Shown one piece after another: positions 18,082 to 27,900 of a DNA stretch of 35,214 nt. A model generated the notes under the pieces. That model saw nothing but the letters and a program-made list of their open reading frames with translations. It had not been told where the DNA came from and made no database searches. The translations under genes and the position numbers were made by a program. Positions within the stretch are counted from its first letter, which is position 1. Every line of letters starts with the position of its first letter. This DNA comes from an uncultured Opitutaceae bacterium (GTDB lineage Bacteria; Verrucomicrobiota; Verrucomicrobiia; Opitutales; Opitutaceae), in assembly GCA_903885525.1 (NCBI GenBank), contig CAISJA010000295.1, forward strand, positions 1 through 35,214. The letters are read 5' to 3'.

Positions 18082-18960
18082 TCCAACGACTCGATCGATC
18101 CGTTTTTGTCGATGTGCCCATCACTTTGCCCAGCGGGAGTGCTGATGCTTCTTTTTCGCGCCGGACGCTCTCATGCTTCCTTTCGCGCAAGTGCTTGAAT
18201 GTGTTGATCTAGCTCTGCGCAAAAAGGAGCATCCACCAGAGCCTTATTCAGCGGCTCTATGCATCCGTCCTTAGCGGTAGATAAAATGTGCGAAGAGAAT
18301 CGTGCAGGGCTTGGATGCCCCCAAGATTCGCGTGACCCGCGAGGGGCGCCAGGTCGTAAGCGACGCAGATTTCGAGGTCCTTTGAGGCCATATAATTCCC
18401 GTGGATTAGAGCTTCAGGACCTCGTCGTAGTTGAACGTCTCCTCGAAGTATTCGCAGTTGGCGAAGAAGTCGAAGAGCTTGAAGGCCTTCTTACTGGGCT
18501 CCTTCACCCCATCCCGGATCGCCTCGTCGAAGAGTTGCTCACGGAAGTCGTGCTTCCGGGTGCCACGCCCCTTGATCTGGATGAAGTCCGTCGGCGAGAA
18601 AATCGGGCGGAAGAGGCCAAGGTTGAGGATGTCCGGGCAGTCGTAGCCGAGTGAAGAATGGCGGCGGAGGAAGTTGGTTCAGCTGCCGCACCGCCGGAGG
18701 AAGACGAGTTCATCCCATTGCTGACATCGGGTGTGGCCATGATTCATCCGCCAGACGGAGGGCAATGTCACGTATTACGTGACGATTGGCTTGGGGGAGC
18801 CGAGGTGGGGCAGGCGGACGGGGGGCGCAGAAATTTGATTTGGGAGCTGAAGGCGGAGGGGCGTTTGGGGCGTGCCTTGGCGTGATTTTCAAATCAGGGG
18901 CACCCTGACTGGGTCTGGCTTGGTCGTTGTGGTTGGGCAACGGCCTGGCCTTGGACCGAG
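18082..18960. mobile_element. Degenerate genomic-island remnant downstream of the tRNA
   Basis: GC drops right after the tRNA 3' end. TGCCCA direct repeats (18115-18132) resemble integrase arm sites. Contains a truncated hsdR fragment and no intact ORF. Confidence 0.5.
18406..18651 (-). pseudogene. hsdR: Internal fragment of a type I restriction enzyme R subunit (HsdR, helicase motifs V-VI)
   Basis: Not in the ORF track. Hand translation: LGYDCPDILNLGLFRPIFSPTDFIQIKGRGTRKHDFREQLFDEAIRDGVKEPSKKAFKLFDFFANCEYFEETFNYDEVLKL*. No start codon; in-frame TGA just upstream. Confidence 0.75.
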
Positions 18961-19088
18961 CGGCCGCCGGCGCGCCGGCCGAGCGGTCACACCGGCGGCA
19001 TCCTCCTCCGTGAATACGAGCCGGACTTTCTCAAACCGGGCCGCCGGGAGCGTCTCGGACACCTCGGGCTTGGTCCACCGCGCCCCCG

Positions 19089-22000
19089 CTAGCCCAAGGG
19101 CTGGACGCCGATCGTGCCGACCAGGAACCGGCGGTAGTCGGGGGACTCGACGTGGGCCAGCTGGGCCTGGGCGGCGGCGAAGCGTTGGTGGAGGTCGAGG
19201 CGATTGGCGATGGGCTGGTGGTCGGGGGCGGCAAGGTACGCTCCGAGCGTCCGCACATGCCGCCGCCACAGCGCCTGGTCGGCCACCTGCTTGGCTTCGA
19301 GGCGGGCAGCGTACCAGTCGCTGGCCAGCAGATACTCGCGGGAGAAGAGCGCGCGGAAGGCGGGAGTGTCCAGGGTGTAGCCGGCCGCGGAACGGCCGTA
19401 GGCCATGATCTCCAGGAGCGCCTGCAACGGGGGGCAGGCCAGGCTGATGGTGCCGTCGGTGAAGTAGCTGAGCGCCACGCGCTGGTGGGTGGCGCAGATG
19501 TTGTCCATGCCATCGGCAAACACCGCGGGATCCTGCTTTTCGGGCCGGAGCATCTCCTCCGTAAAGATCGACGAGGGATGCGTGAAGACGCGGCCGAGGA
19601 AGACGCGGCCGAATTTGGCGGTGATGCGATACCCCAGCCGGCTCGCCAGCACGGGGCGGCCGGCCCACTCGAAGTCCTGGCAACGCTCCAGATATCCGTT
19701 TGCGAGCAGGAAGTCCGGTTCGCGCTCGGCCGGCTTCATGCGGCACCACAGCTCGGGCACGAGGAGGCTGATGTCGTGGTTGACGCGCATTTTCGGGCCG
19801 ACGTAGCCGGCGGCGGAGAGAAACGCCGGGTGCCCGGTCAGGATCTGCGCGACCAGCGCCGCATTGAGGTCGAGCAGCGCCGGCAGGGCGTTGAACGGCC
19901 CCTTGGTCAGCGCCCCTTCCGAACCGGCTCCCGTGGTGGAAGGCGATTTGCCGGTCATGGAACTGATGTACTCCATGAACAGCTCGGGCAGCTCAAGATA
20001 GTGCAGCGGATTGAAGACCGCGAGGGAGCGGATATTGGCCTGCGGCTCCGGCGGGTTGTTGCGGCGGCCGGGAACGACGGCATCGACCGGGGTGAGCACC
20101 GGTGCGTCCGCCGGCAGGCGGCGGAAAAGGCGCGTCCCCATGCGGGCCAGGTGGACGGCCCGGGCATCGGCCAGGTCCGGCCGCACCTGCAGGTAACGGG
20201 GGTTTTTCGAGGGCTGGCCGTTCACCAGCCGCGGATGGGCGGAGGAGACAAAATACTCCGGGCCGGCGGGGTCGGTCGCGGCCGCACGCACGAGCGCCTG
20301 CATCGCGGGCGAAAACGGGGCAAAGCTGATGGCCTCGTCGATCAGCTCCCGGGCATCCGCCTGGTTGAGGGGCTCGAAGTTGGAGATGAAATTCCCGGGC
20401 TGCGCCATTTCCCGCTCGGTCGTCCGATCGTAGCCGCGATGAATGGCGTCGTCCGGGCGCTGGAATAGCTGCTGCTCGCAGTTCTGGGCGAACTTTTCCG
20501 ATCTCCCGTCCCGCCCGGGCAGCGCGTCCCGGAGGGCGGCCGCGGGCACCACGACCGAGGCCGTGATGTCGTCCTCCATCTGGATCTTGGCCGCGGGGTG
20601 AAAATCCTCGCGGAGCCCGAACACGCGCCAGGCCCCGTCGACGGCAAAGCCCACCCGCACGTAACTTGCGGTCAGCTTGCGGTTGCCGCACTTCAACTCG
20701 TGCCCGGGCTGGCCGTTGATGATGTCGACCGAGAAATGTGCGCGCCAGTTTTCGCCCCACGCCGTCGTGTAGTGGCGTTTCACCACGAAGACGATTTCCC
20801 GCAGGTAGCGCGGGATGGCGCGCAGCCAGGCGTTGTACTCGTCCGAGTAGTCGAGATCGACCGGCGTGAGGAGCTTGATGACCGATCCGAGCGAGCGCTC
20901 GGGACTGAGGATGGGGCGGGAGTCGGTCCCGTGTCTGGCCGGGTCGCGGAAGCGGTCCCCGTAGTCGCGCCCGATAAGCTCCACCACGCGGTCCAGGTCA
21001 TTCTCGAAGTCCGCGATGAAGACCGGACCGGGCAGGATGGCATCGGAGATGGCCTTCGAGATTTCGGATTTGCCGCCGCCGGAGACCGTGCAGGGCTTGT
21101 GGCAGAAAAGCCCCTCGGCGACGGTTCCGACGATGTGCCAGGCCGTGTGCCCCGGCGGCTGCACCAGGCTGATCTTGTAGCCGGATGGACGGACATAGGT
21201 GCGGCCCACGCGGAAGGGCAGGCTCTGCGCGAGGCCCTGATGGATCCAGGTCAGGCGCTGGGTGGGCAGGTCGAAATGCACGTCTTCCGGGACGTAGAGG
21301 ATGTCGGGATACCGGCGGTCCAGCGCATATCCCTCGGGCTTCACGTCGAGCAGCGAGGCATAGCGTTCGGCGACATCGGCGAAAGAGTACCCCCGCTGCT
21401 GCACGTGCAGGTTGCCGCAAAACTCCTCGCCGAGATCGTAGGCGGGGTAGGTCAGGGCTCCGCCGGCGTGCTCCTCCTCGGCCAGTCCATAGAGGTTGGC
21501 GGAGTAGCTGATCTGGGTCTTCACCTCCTTCTTGCAGTACCCAAAATAGTTGTCCGCAATGATGGTGACGATCACCCCGGAGGCGTCGCGGGCGCAGACC
21601 TTGAAGGCGGAGCCGCCGTTGTAGAGCTCGGTATCGGTCTGCCAGCACATCCCGTCCCGCCGCTGCCGGGGGGTGGCCTGGTCGAAATGGGGCAGGCCCA
21701 GGGAGCGTTTGGTCAGGGTGGTCAGGTGCGGGGCCAGGATCACGCCCCCGGTGTGGCCCGTCCAGCCGTCGGGCCGCAGCGCCAAATCGTTGTCCGGCCG
21801 GCGGGGGTCGCCCGCATTTTCAAAAATGGACTCCACGAAATCGAGGTTGGCCACCAGGGAGCCCGGGGCAAAAAACCGGATTTCCAGCCGCTTCTCCGTG
21901 ATGAAGCCCGGCACGGCCGGCACGACCAGGGGCTGGAGGAGCAGGGAGACAAAGCACGCGGCCTCGGCCGGCTGCCCGCCGGTGTAGGGCAGCACCAGCA

Positions 22001-22433
22001 GGTCCCGCGGTGGGCGCAGGGCCTCGGTCAGCAGATGGACGAAGGTGCTGGCGGGCACCTCGAGCTTGTCGTCCGGCACGGGCAATCCGCCCGCCGCCAG
22101 GTGGAAGACGCCGCTGGTGGTGCGCCGGTCATTGGCCGGATTGTGCAGCACGCCGTTGCGGAGCCGGTAGCTCCGCAGCAGGGGCGAGGTGTGGGAATCG
22201 CCCTTCTCGGGGAGCGACAGCTTCCGGGCCAGTCCCGGTTCATCCAGCCCCAAGGCGTTGCCCGGGAGCCGGGGCACCGGGCCGCAGGCTGAAAAGGCGC
22301 GGTCAAGGTAGGCCTGGATTCTCTCATCGGTGGGGCAGGACCGGCCGCCCGGCCCGCCCTCCCCGCTCGCCAGCAGGCGCAATCGCTGGGCCACGGCTTG
22401 GGGCAGAGGGGAACCGGAGAGTGTGGGAGGCAT
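19089..22433 (-). CDS. PPi-dependent phosphoenolpyruvate carboxykinase (PEP carboxytransphosphorylase type), about 1114 aa
   Basis: GVLHNPANDRRTTSGVFH, TIIADNYFGYCKKEVKTQISYSANLYGLAEEEHAGGA, CHKPCTVSGGGKSEISK, KIQMEDDITAS and SMTGKSPSTTGAGSEGALTKGPFN motifs, which I recognise from the Propionibacterium/Entamoeba PPi-PEPCK family. Confidence 0.82.
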   Translation of the reverse strand: MPPTLSGSPLPQAVAQRLRLLASGEGGPGGRSCPTDERIQAYLDRAFSACGPVPRLPGNALGLDEPGLARKLSLPEKGDSHTSPLLRSYRLRNGVLHNPANDRRTTSGVFHLAAGGLPVPDDKLEVPASTFVHLLTEALRPPRDLLVLPYTGGQPAEAACFVSLLLQPLVVPAVPGFITEKRLEIRFFAPGSLVANLDFVESIFENAGDPRRPDNDLALRPDGWTGHTGGVILAPHLTTLTKRSLGLPHFDQATPRQRRDGMCWQTDTELYNGGSAFKVCARDASGVIVTIIADNYFGYCKKEVKTQISYSANLYGLAEEEHAGGALTYPAYDLGEEFCGNLHVQQRGYSFADVAERYASLLDVKPEGYALDRRYPDILYVPEDVHFDLPTQRLTWIHQGLAQSLPFRVGRTYVRPSGYKISLVQPPGHTAWHIVGTVAEGLFCHKPCTVSGGGKSEISKAISDAILPGPVFIADFENDLDRVVELIGRDYGDRFRDPARHGTDSRPILSPERSLGSVIKLLTPVDLDYSDEYNAWLRAIPRYLREIVFVVKRHYTTAWGENWRAHFSVDIINGQPGHELKCGNRKLTASYVRVGFAVDGAWRVFGLREDFHPAAKIQMEDDITASVVVPAAALRDALPGRDGRSEKFAQNCEQQLFQRPDDAIHRGYDRTTEREMAQPGNFISNFEPLNQADARELIDEAISFAPFSPAMQALVRAAATDPAGPEYFVSSAHPRLVNGQPSKNPRYLQVRPDLADARAVHLARMGTRLFRRLPADAPVLTPVDAVVPGRRNNPPEPQANIRSLAVFNPLHYLELPELFMEYISSMTGKSPSTTGAGSEGALTKGPFNALPALLDLNAALVAQILTGHPAFLSAAGYVGPKMRVNHDISLLVPELWCRMKPAEREPDFLLANGYLERCQDFEWAGRPVLASRLGYRITAKFGRVFLGRVFTHPSSIFTEEMLRPEKQDPAVFADGMDNICATHQRVALSYFTDGTISLACPPLQALLEIMAYGRSAAGYTLDTPAFRALFSREYLLASDWYAARLEAKQVADQALWRRHVRTLGAYLAAPDHQPIANRLDLHQRFAAAQAQLAHVESPDYRRFLVGTIGVQPLG

Positions 22434-22859
22434 AGGCAGACGGCCCTCGGGCAAATCGCTTTTTGAAGGGCCGTACTAAGACGAGCATGAAACAGATTCT
22501 GCGCCAGCCGCGAGGCCAGTTGCGCAAATATGCGTCATCATGGTCCCTGGCGTGATGGTTCGGAGGCCGGGCCGGATATGAATCGGGGCGACGCGGCAAA
22601 GTTTTCCTGGGGTGAGGGGTTGCCCGTTTGGGGGCGATGCCCCGGATCCGGGCAGCAACCGTGCCCGCGGTGATTCCCGCAGAGGAACCGGGAGTGTTGC
22701 CCCCTTGCGGGGAGGATGGCCGCCGCCCAACCGTTGTCCCCGGCGTCGACGAACCGCCACGGCAGGAAGGGCATTTTTTGCCGGAGGTGCCCGCCGACCG
22801 GAAAATATTTCGCACCCGTCAGGGCAAAAAACATCCAAGTATTTGCATAACATAATTTA

Positions 22860-22886
22860 ATATTCCGAGAAATTTTCTCGGCATAT
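22860..22886. promoter_or_regulatory. Palindromic candidate operator in the divergent promoter region
   Basis: ATAT-t-CCGAGAAA-T-TTTCTCGG-c-ATAT, next to an AT-rich stretch (22841-22864). Confidence 0.5.
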
Positions 22887-23172
22887 CCTAAGCTTTTATC
22901 GGGCGGAATCCACCTGCCAACGCGGATGGATCCGCTCTTTTGGCTCCGTCTGACCAACCATCCTCCTCCCTGTCGATGCCGCCAGGCTACCTTTTCGCCC
23001 ACGCCTTTTCCCGCCCGACCTATCCACCATTCCACCCGGTGCCAGCCCACTCCGCCCGCATTCACGCCTGCCCGCAGGGGCCCGGATTCAGCCGGGGCTC
23101 CGGCGGGAGCCTCGCGCCTGCGCCTGAGGCCCGCGTCTCGTGCAGGCGCGGATGCGGCATCCTCCTCGCGCC

Positions 23173-23757
23173 ATGAGAACAAAGGAGCGCCCCGGCATCG
23201 TCCACGGTCTGGCTTGGAGCACCGCCTCGCTCTGTCTGGTGGCGGTGCTGGACTTCGTCACCGGGTATGAAATCCTCCTTCCGTTGCTGTATCTCGTGCC
23301 GGTCGGCCTCGCCGCCTGGTACGTGGGGCGCACCGGGGCCTGGGCCTTCGCCCTGCTGTCCGCCCTCACCTGGTTCGCCGACGACCTCACGGGCGGCCAC
23401 CGGTACGCCCACGAGTGCATCCGCTACTGGAACCTGCTGATGTTCCTTGGCTGCTATCTCAGCGTCGGGCTCATTTTGGTCCGCCTGAAAGCGAGCCTGG
23501 AAAAGGCGCAGGAGCTGTTGCGGGAAAAAACGGAGGCCCTGCGCGCCCTCGACTCTTCCAGCTCCAAGATGCGCCAGCTGGAAGGCAGCTTCCAGACCGT
23601 CTGCGCCTGGACCAACCAGATCAAGGACGGCGACGAGTGGGTTGATTTCCAGGTGTACCTCGAACGGCACCTGAACATCCGGCTGAGCCACGGCATGTCG
23701 CCCGCGGGCCTGCAAAAATACCGCGCGGCGGAACGGCGCGAGCGCCTGCTGCAGTAG
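23173..23757 (+). CDS. Small membrane sensor-like protein (4-TM DUF4118-like domain, coiled coil, degenerate Cys/His C-terminal domain)
   Basis: LDFVTGYEILLPLLYLVPVGLAAWYVG TM signature; coiled coil; C-terminal VCAWTNQIKDGDEW...LSHGMSP. Confidence 0.7.
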   Translation: MRTKERPGIVHGLAWSTASLCLVAVLDFVTGYEILLPLLYLVPVGLAAWYVGRTGAWAFALLSALTWFADDLTGGHRYAHECIRYWNLLMFLGCYLSVGLILVRLKASLEKAQELLREKTEALRALDSSSSKMRQLEGSFQTVCAWTNQIKDGDEWVDFQVYLERHLNIRLSHGMSPAGLQKYRAAERRERLLQ

Positions 23758-23814
23758 TCCAGAAGCGGCTCTCGGCGCAGCGCGGGCCCGGTGGAAACCG
23801 CCGGGTGCGCGGGG

Positions 23815-24912
23815 TTATTTTTTCTCCGGACTCAACGGCTCGACGAGGGCTCCGTCCGTCAGGGCGTCGCTCGGGTTGGACACGAGGACGGTCCCCTCCG
23901 CCAGGCCGTCCACGATTTCGATCTGGGTGCCGTAATCGCGGCCGAACTTCACCGGCTTGAGCCTGATCCGGTTGCCGGGCTCCACGACGGCCACGAGGTT
24001 GCCGTCGGCGCGGATGATGGCGGCGTTGGTCGGCACCAGCAGCGGCGGATCGACGGGCACGAGGAGGAGCCGGACCTGGGCGAACATGCCGGGCAACAGC
24101 TCGCCCTGGCTGTTGGGAATCTGGATTTCGGCCTGCAGGGTGCGCGACACCGGATCGAGGGCGCCGGCCACGCGGCTGACCTTGCCGGGGAAAGCCCGGT
24201 GCGGATACTCGTTGACCAGAATCTCGGCCGGGAGCCCGGCGCGGATGGAGCGGACATAGGTTTGGGGAATGCCCACGGTGACGCGCAACGGGTCCCGCTG
24301 GGTCAGGCGGAAGAGCATCAGCCGGCTGGCATCGGTGGTGATGAGGGCGCCGGCATCGGTCGGCCGCGCCGCCACCACGCCGTCGAACGGCGCGGTGACT
24401 TGCTCGAAGCCCTGCAGCTGGGTCAGGCGGCCGACCTCGGCCTCGGCGGCGCGGACGCTCGCGGCCCCGGCCTGGGCGGCAGCCGACTTCTCCTCCACTT
24501 CCTGCCGGGAGACGACGTTCTTCTCCGCCATCTCCTGCCAGCGGGCGGCCGTCGCCTTGGCCAGGGCGGCATTGGCCTGGGCGAGGGCGAGCGCCGCCTT
24601 TGCCTGGTTCAACTGCTGGTCCACTTCGGGGGAGTCGATGACAGCGAGCACCTGGCCCGCCTTCACCGCATCGCCGAGATCGACATTCCACCGGGCGAGA
24701 TAGCCGGTGGTGCGGGCGTAGAGGGCCGCCTCCTGGTTGGCGAGCAGGCTGGCGGGCAGCACCAGCTCGGAGGCACCGGGGGCGCGGCGGGCGGTGACGA
24801 CGTTGACTGGCCGGGCGGCGACGGGGGCCTCGGCGGCACCGGCGACGGCGGAAGCCAGGGCGGCGGCGGCCAGGAGAGAAAGCAAACGGGAGTGGGACGG
24901 GGAACGGTTCAT
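23815..24912 (-). CDS. RND efflux periplasmic adaptor (MFP)
   Basis: Signal peptide, LYARTTGYL, GDAVKAGQVLA, VTAPFDGVV, LDPVSRTL and LLPGMFAQV motifs. Confidence 0.92.
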   Translation of the reverse strand: MNRSPSHSRLLSLLAAAALASAVAGAAEAPVAARPVNVVTARRAPGASELVLPASLLANQEAALYARTTGYLARWNVDLGDAVKAGQVLAVIDSPEVDQQLNQAKAALALAQANAALAKATAARWQEMAEKNVVSRQEVEEKSAAAQAGAASVRAAEAEVGRLTQLQGFEQVTAPFDGVVAARPTDAGALITTDASRLMLFRLTQRDPLRVTVGIPQTYVRSIRAGLPAEILVNEYPHRAFPGKVSRVAGALDPVSRTLQAEIQIPNSQGELLPGMFAQVRLLLVPVDPPLLVPTNAAIIRADGNLVAVVEPGNRIRLKPVKFGRDYGTQIEIVDGLAEGTVLVSNPSDALTDGALVEPLSPEKK

Positions 24913-24943
24913 GGGACGAAAAAAACGGCGGTGGGGGAAAGGA

Positions 24944-27900
24944 TCAGTTGTTGTCCGGCAAGTGGGCGTCGTGGAGCTCCTCCAAAATGGTCTCCTCCGG
25001 ACGGTGGGCGGCCTGGCGGCGCAGGGTGGCGTAGACGGCCGGGACGAGGAAGAGCGTGGCGACGGTGGCCACGAGCAGGCCGCCGATCACGGCGCGGCCG
25101 AGCGGGGCGTTCTGCTCGCCGCCTTCGCCCCAGCCGAGCGACATGGGGAGCATGCCGATGATCATGGCGAGCGCCGTCATCAGCACGGGGCGGAGCCGGG
25201 TGTGTCCGGCCGCGAGCGCCGCGGCGCGAGCGTCCTTGCCCTCCTTGCGCTGGTCGTTGGCAAAGGTCACGAGCAGGATGGAATTCGCCGTGGCCACGCC
25301 CACGCTCATGATCGCGCCCATCAGCGAGGGAACGCTCAGCGTGGTCCGGGTCAGCAGCAGCGCCCAGATGATGCCGCAGAGGGCGCCGGGCAGGGCCATG
25401 ATGATGATGAACGGGTCGAGCCAGGACTGGAAGTTCACCACCATGAGCAGATAGACGAGGAGGATGGCGAAGAGCACGCCGTAGCCGAGGCCCGCGAACG
25501 AGGCGTCCATGCTCTGCACCTGCCCGCGCAGCTTGATGAAGCTGCCGCGGGACAGCCGGGGCTCGTATTCCTTGATCAACTGGCGGACCTCCGCGGCCAC
25601 GGAGCCGAGGTCGCGCTGGTCGACGTTGGCATAGACGTCGAAGACCGGCTGGATGTCGTAGTGGCTGACGACGGCGGAGGTGACCGTGCGCTGGACCGTG
25701 GCCACATTCCCGAGGATCTCCGGCGTGTTGGTGCGGGCGCTGACGCCGATGGGCGTGCCCTGCAGGGCCTCGATCGAGTCGAGCCGGAACTGGGGCGTCT
25801 GCGTGGCGATCAGGTACTGCACGCCGTTCTGCGGGTTGAGCCAGAAATTTGGGGCGGACTGGCCCGAGCCGCTGAGCGCGATCAGCAGGTTGCCCGCCAC
25901 GTCGCGCTGGGTCAGGCCGAGCTGTTCGGCGCGGGCGCGGTCCACGTTCACCAGCAGCGAGGGGGCGTTGACAATCTGGTGGACATGGACGTCGACCGCG
26001 CCGCGGATCCGGCTGATCCGGGACGACAGTTCCTGGGCGAGGGCGTAATTGGCGGCGCGGTCGCGGCCGGCGATCTGCACGTCGATCGGCGCGGGCAGGC
26101 CGAAGTTCAGGATCTGGCCCACGATGTCGGACGGCTGGGTGAAGAAGACGTAGTCGGGGAAGTCGTGGTTGAGACGGGCGCGGATCCGCCGCACGTAGGC
26201 CCAGGTCGAGGCGTGTTTTTCCGGATTGAGCGAGACGAGGATCTCGCCGTCGGCCGAGCCGATCGTCACGGAATCGCTGAACGCCAGCGCGGTGCCGCCG
26301 GCGGGCAGGCCGATGTTGTCGAGGATCGCCACCAGCTCCTCTGCCGGGATGACTTCGCGGATGACGGTGTCGACCTGGGTGAAGACGTGCTCGGTCTCCT
26401 CCAGACGCAGGCCGGCGGGCCCGCGCACATGGAGGCGGAACTGCCCGGCGTCCACCAGCGGGAAAAAATCGCGGCCGAGGAAGGGCAGGAGCAGGCAGGT
26501 GGCGAGGACCACCCCCGCCGCGGCCAGCATGACGGTGCGGCGATGCCCGAGGCACCAGTCGAGCGCGCCGGTGTAGGCGCGGCGCAGGCGGGTGAAGTGG
26601 ACGTGGAAGCGGACGTGGATCCGCCAGAAGAGGTCGCCGCGCGGGGCGTGGGGATCGGCGGGCCCGTCCTCCCGATCGTGGAAGACCGGCTGCCCGTGGA
26701 GCAGGTAGTGCACGAAGGTCGGCACCACCGTCCGGGAGAGGAAGTAGGACGCCAGCATGGCGAAGATGACGGCGAGGGCGAGCGGGCCGAAGAGGAACTT
26801 GGCGGTGCCTTCGAGCAGGAAGATCGGCACAAAGACAATGCAGATGCAGAGGGTCGAGACGAAGGCGGGGACGGCGATCTGCTCGGCACCGTCGAGGATG
26901 GCCTGGATCAGGGGCTTTTTCAGGCCGAGGTTGCGGTCGATGTTCTCGATGGTGACGGTGGCATCGTCGACGAGGATGCCGACGGCGAGGGCGAGGCCGC
27001 CGAGGGTCATGGCGTTGATCGTCTGTCCGCAGAGATTGAGGATGATGAGCGAGCAGAAGATGGAGAGCGGGATGGAGAGCGCCACCACCAGGGTGTTCCG
27101 CCAGGTGCCGAGAAAGAGCAGGATCATGGCGGAGGTGAGGAAGGTGGCGATCAGGGCCTCCTTGATCACGCCGTTGAGCGCCGCGCGGACGAAGATCGAC
27201 TGGTCGAACTGGGGATGGAGTTCGAGCTCCTTGGGCAGGGTGGAGGCGATGCGGGGCAGCACGCCCTTGATGCGGCTGATGATGTCGAGGGTGGAGGCGG
27301 CGCCGCTTTTCAGGATCGGCAGCAGCGCGCCGCGCGTGCCGTTCTGCCGGACGATGTTGGTCTGCGGGGCGCTGCCGTCGCGCACCTGGGCGACGTCGCG
27401 CACAAAGAGGGTGGTGCCGTTGACCACCTTGACGGGAAGGTCGTTCAGCCCCTTCACGAGGTCCGGGCTGCTGTTGACCATCACAGCATATTCCCGGTCG
27501 CCGATCTTGGCCGTGCCGGAGGGAAGCGTGAGGTTCTGGAGGTTGATCGCGTTGGCCACATCCGTCGGGGTCAGCCCGTTGGCCTGGAGCGCCCGGGGAT
27601 CGAGGTCGACCTGGATCTGGCGGACCTTGCCGCCCGAGGGCAGCGGGACCGAGGCGCCCTGGACGGTGGCGAGCTGGGAGCGCAGGAAATTGAGGCCGAT
27701 GTCGTAGAGCGCCTGCTCCGAGAGGGTCTTGCTCCCGAGACCGAGCTGGAGGATCGGCACGTTCGAGGCGCTGAAGCGGATGACCAGCGGCGGCGTCGCC
27801 CCCGTGGGCAGCACGCGCAGAATCGTCTGGTTGATGGCGGTGACCTGCGCCACCGCCGCATCCACGCTGGTGCGGGGCTGGAAGAAAACCTTGATCACGC

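Noticed and set aside
18883-18904. TTCAAATC match to the tRNA T-loop (possible attR) within the palindrome TGATTT-TC-AAATCA
   Set aside because: Only 8 nt match and the following bases diverge from the tRNA 3' end; spacing does not fit an FNR box.
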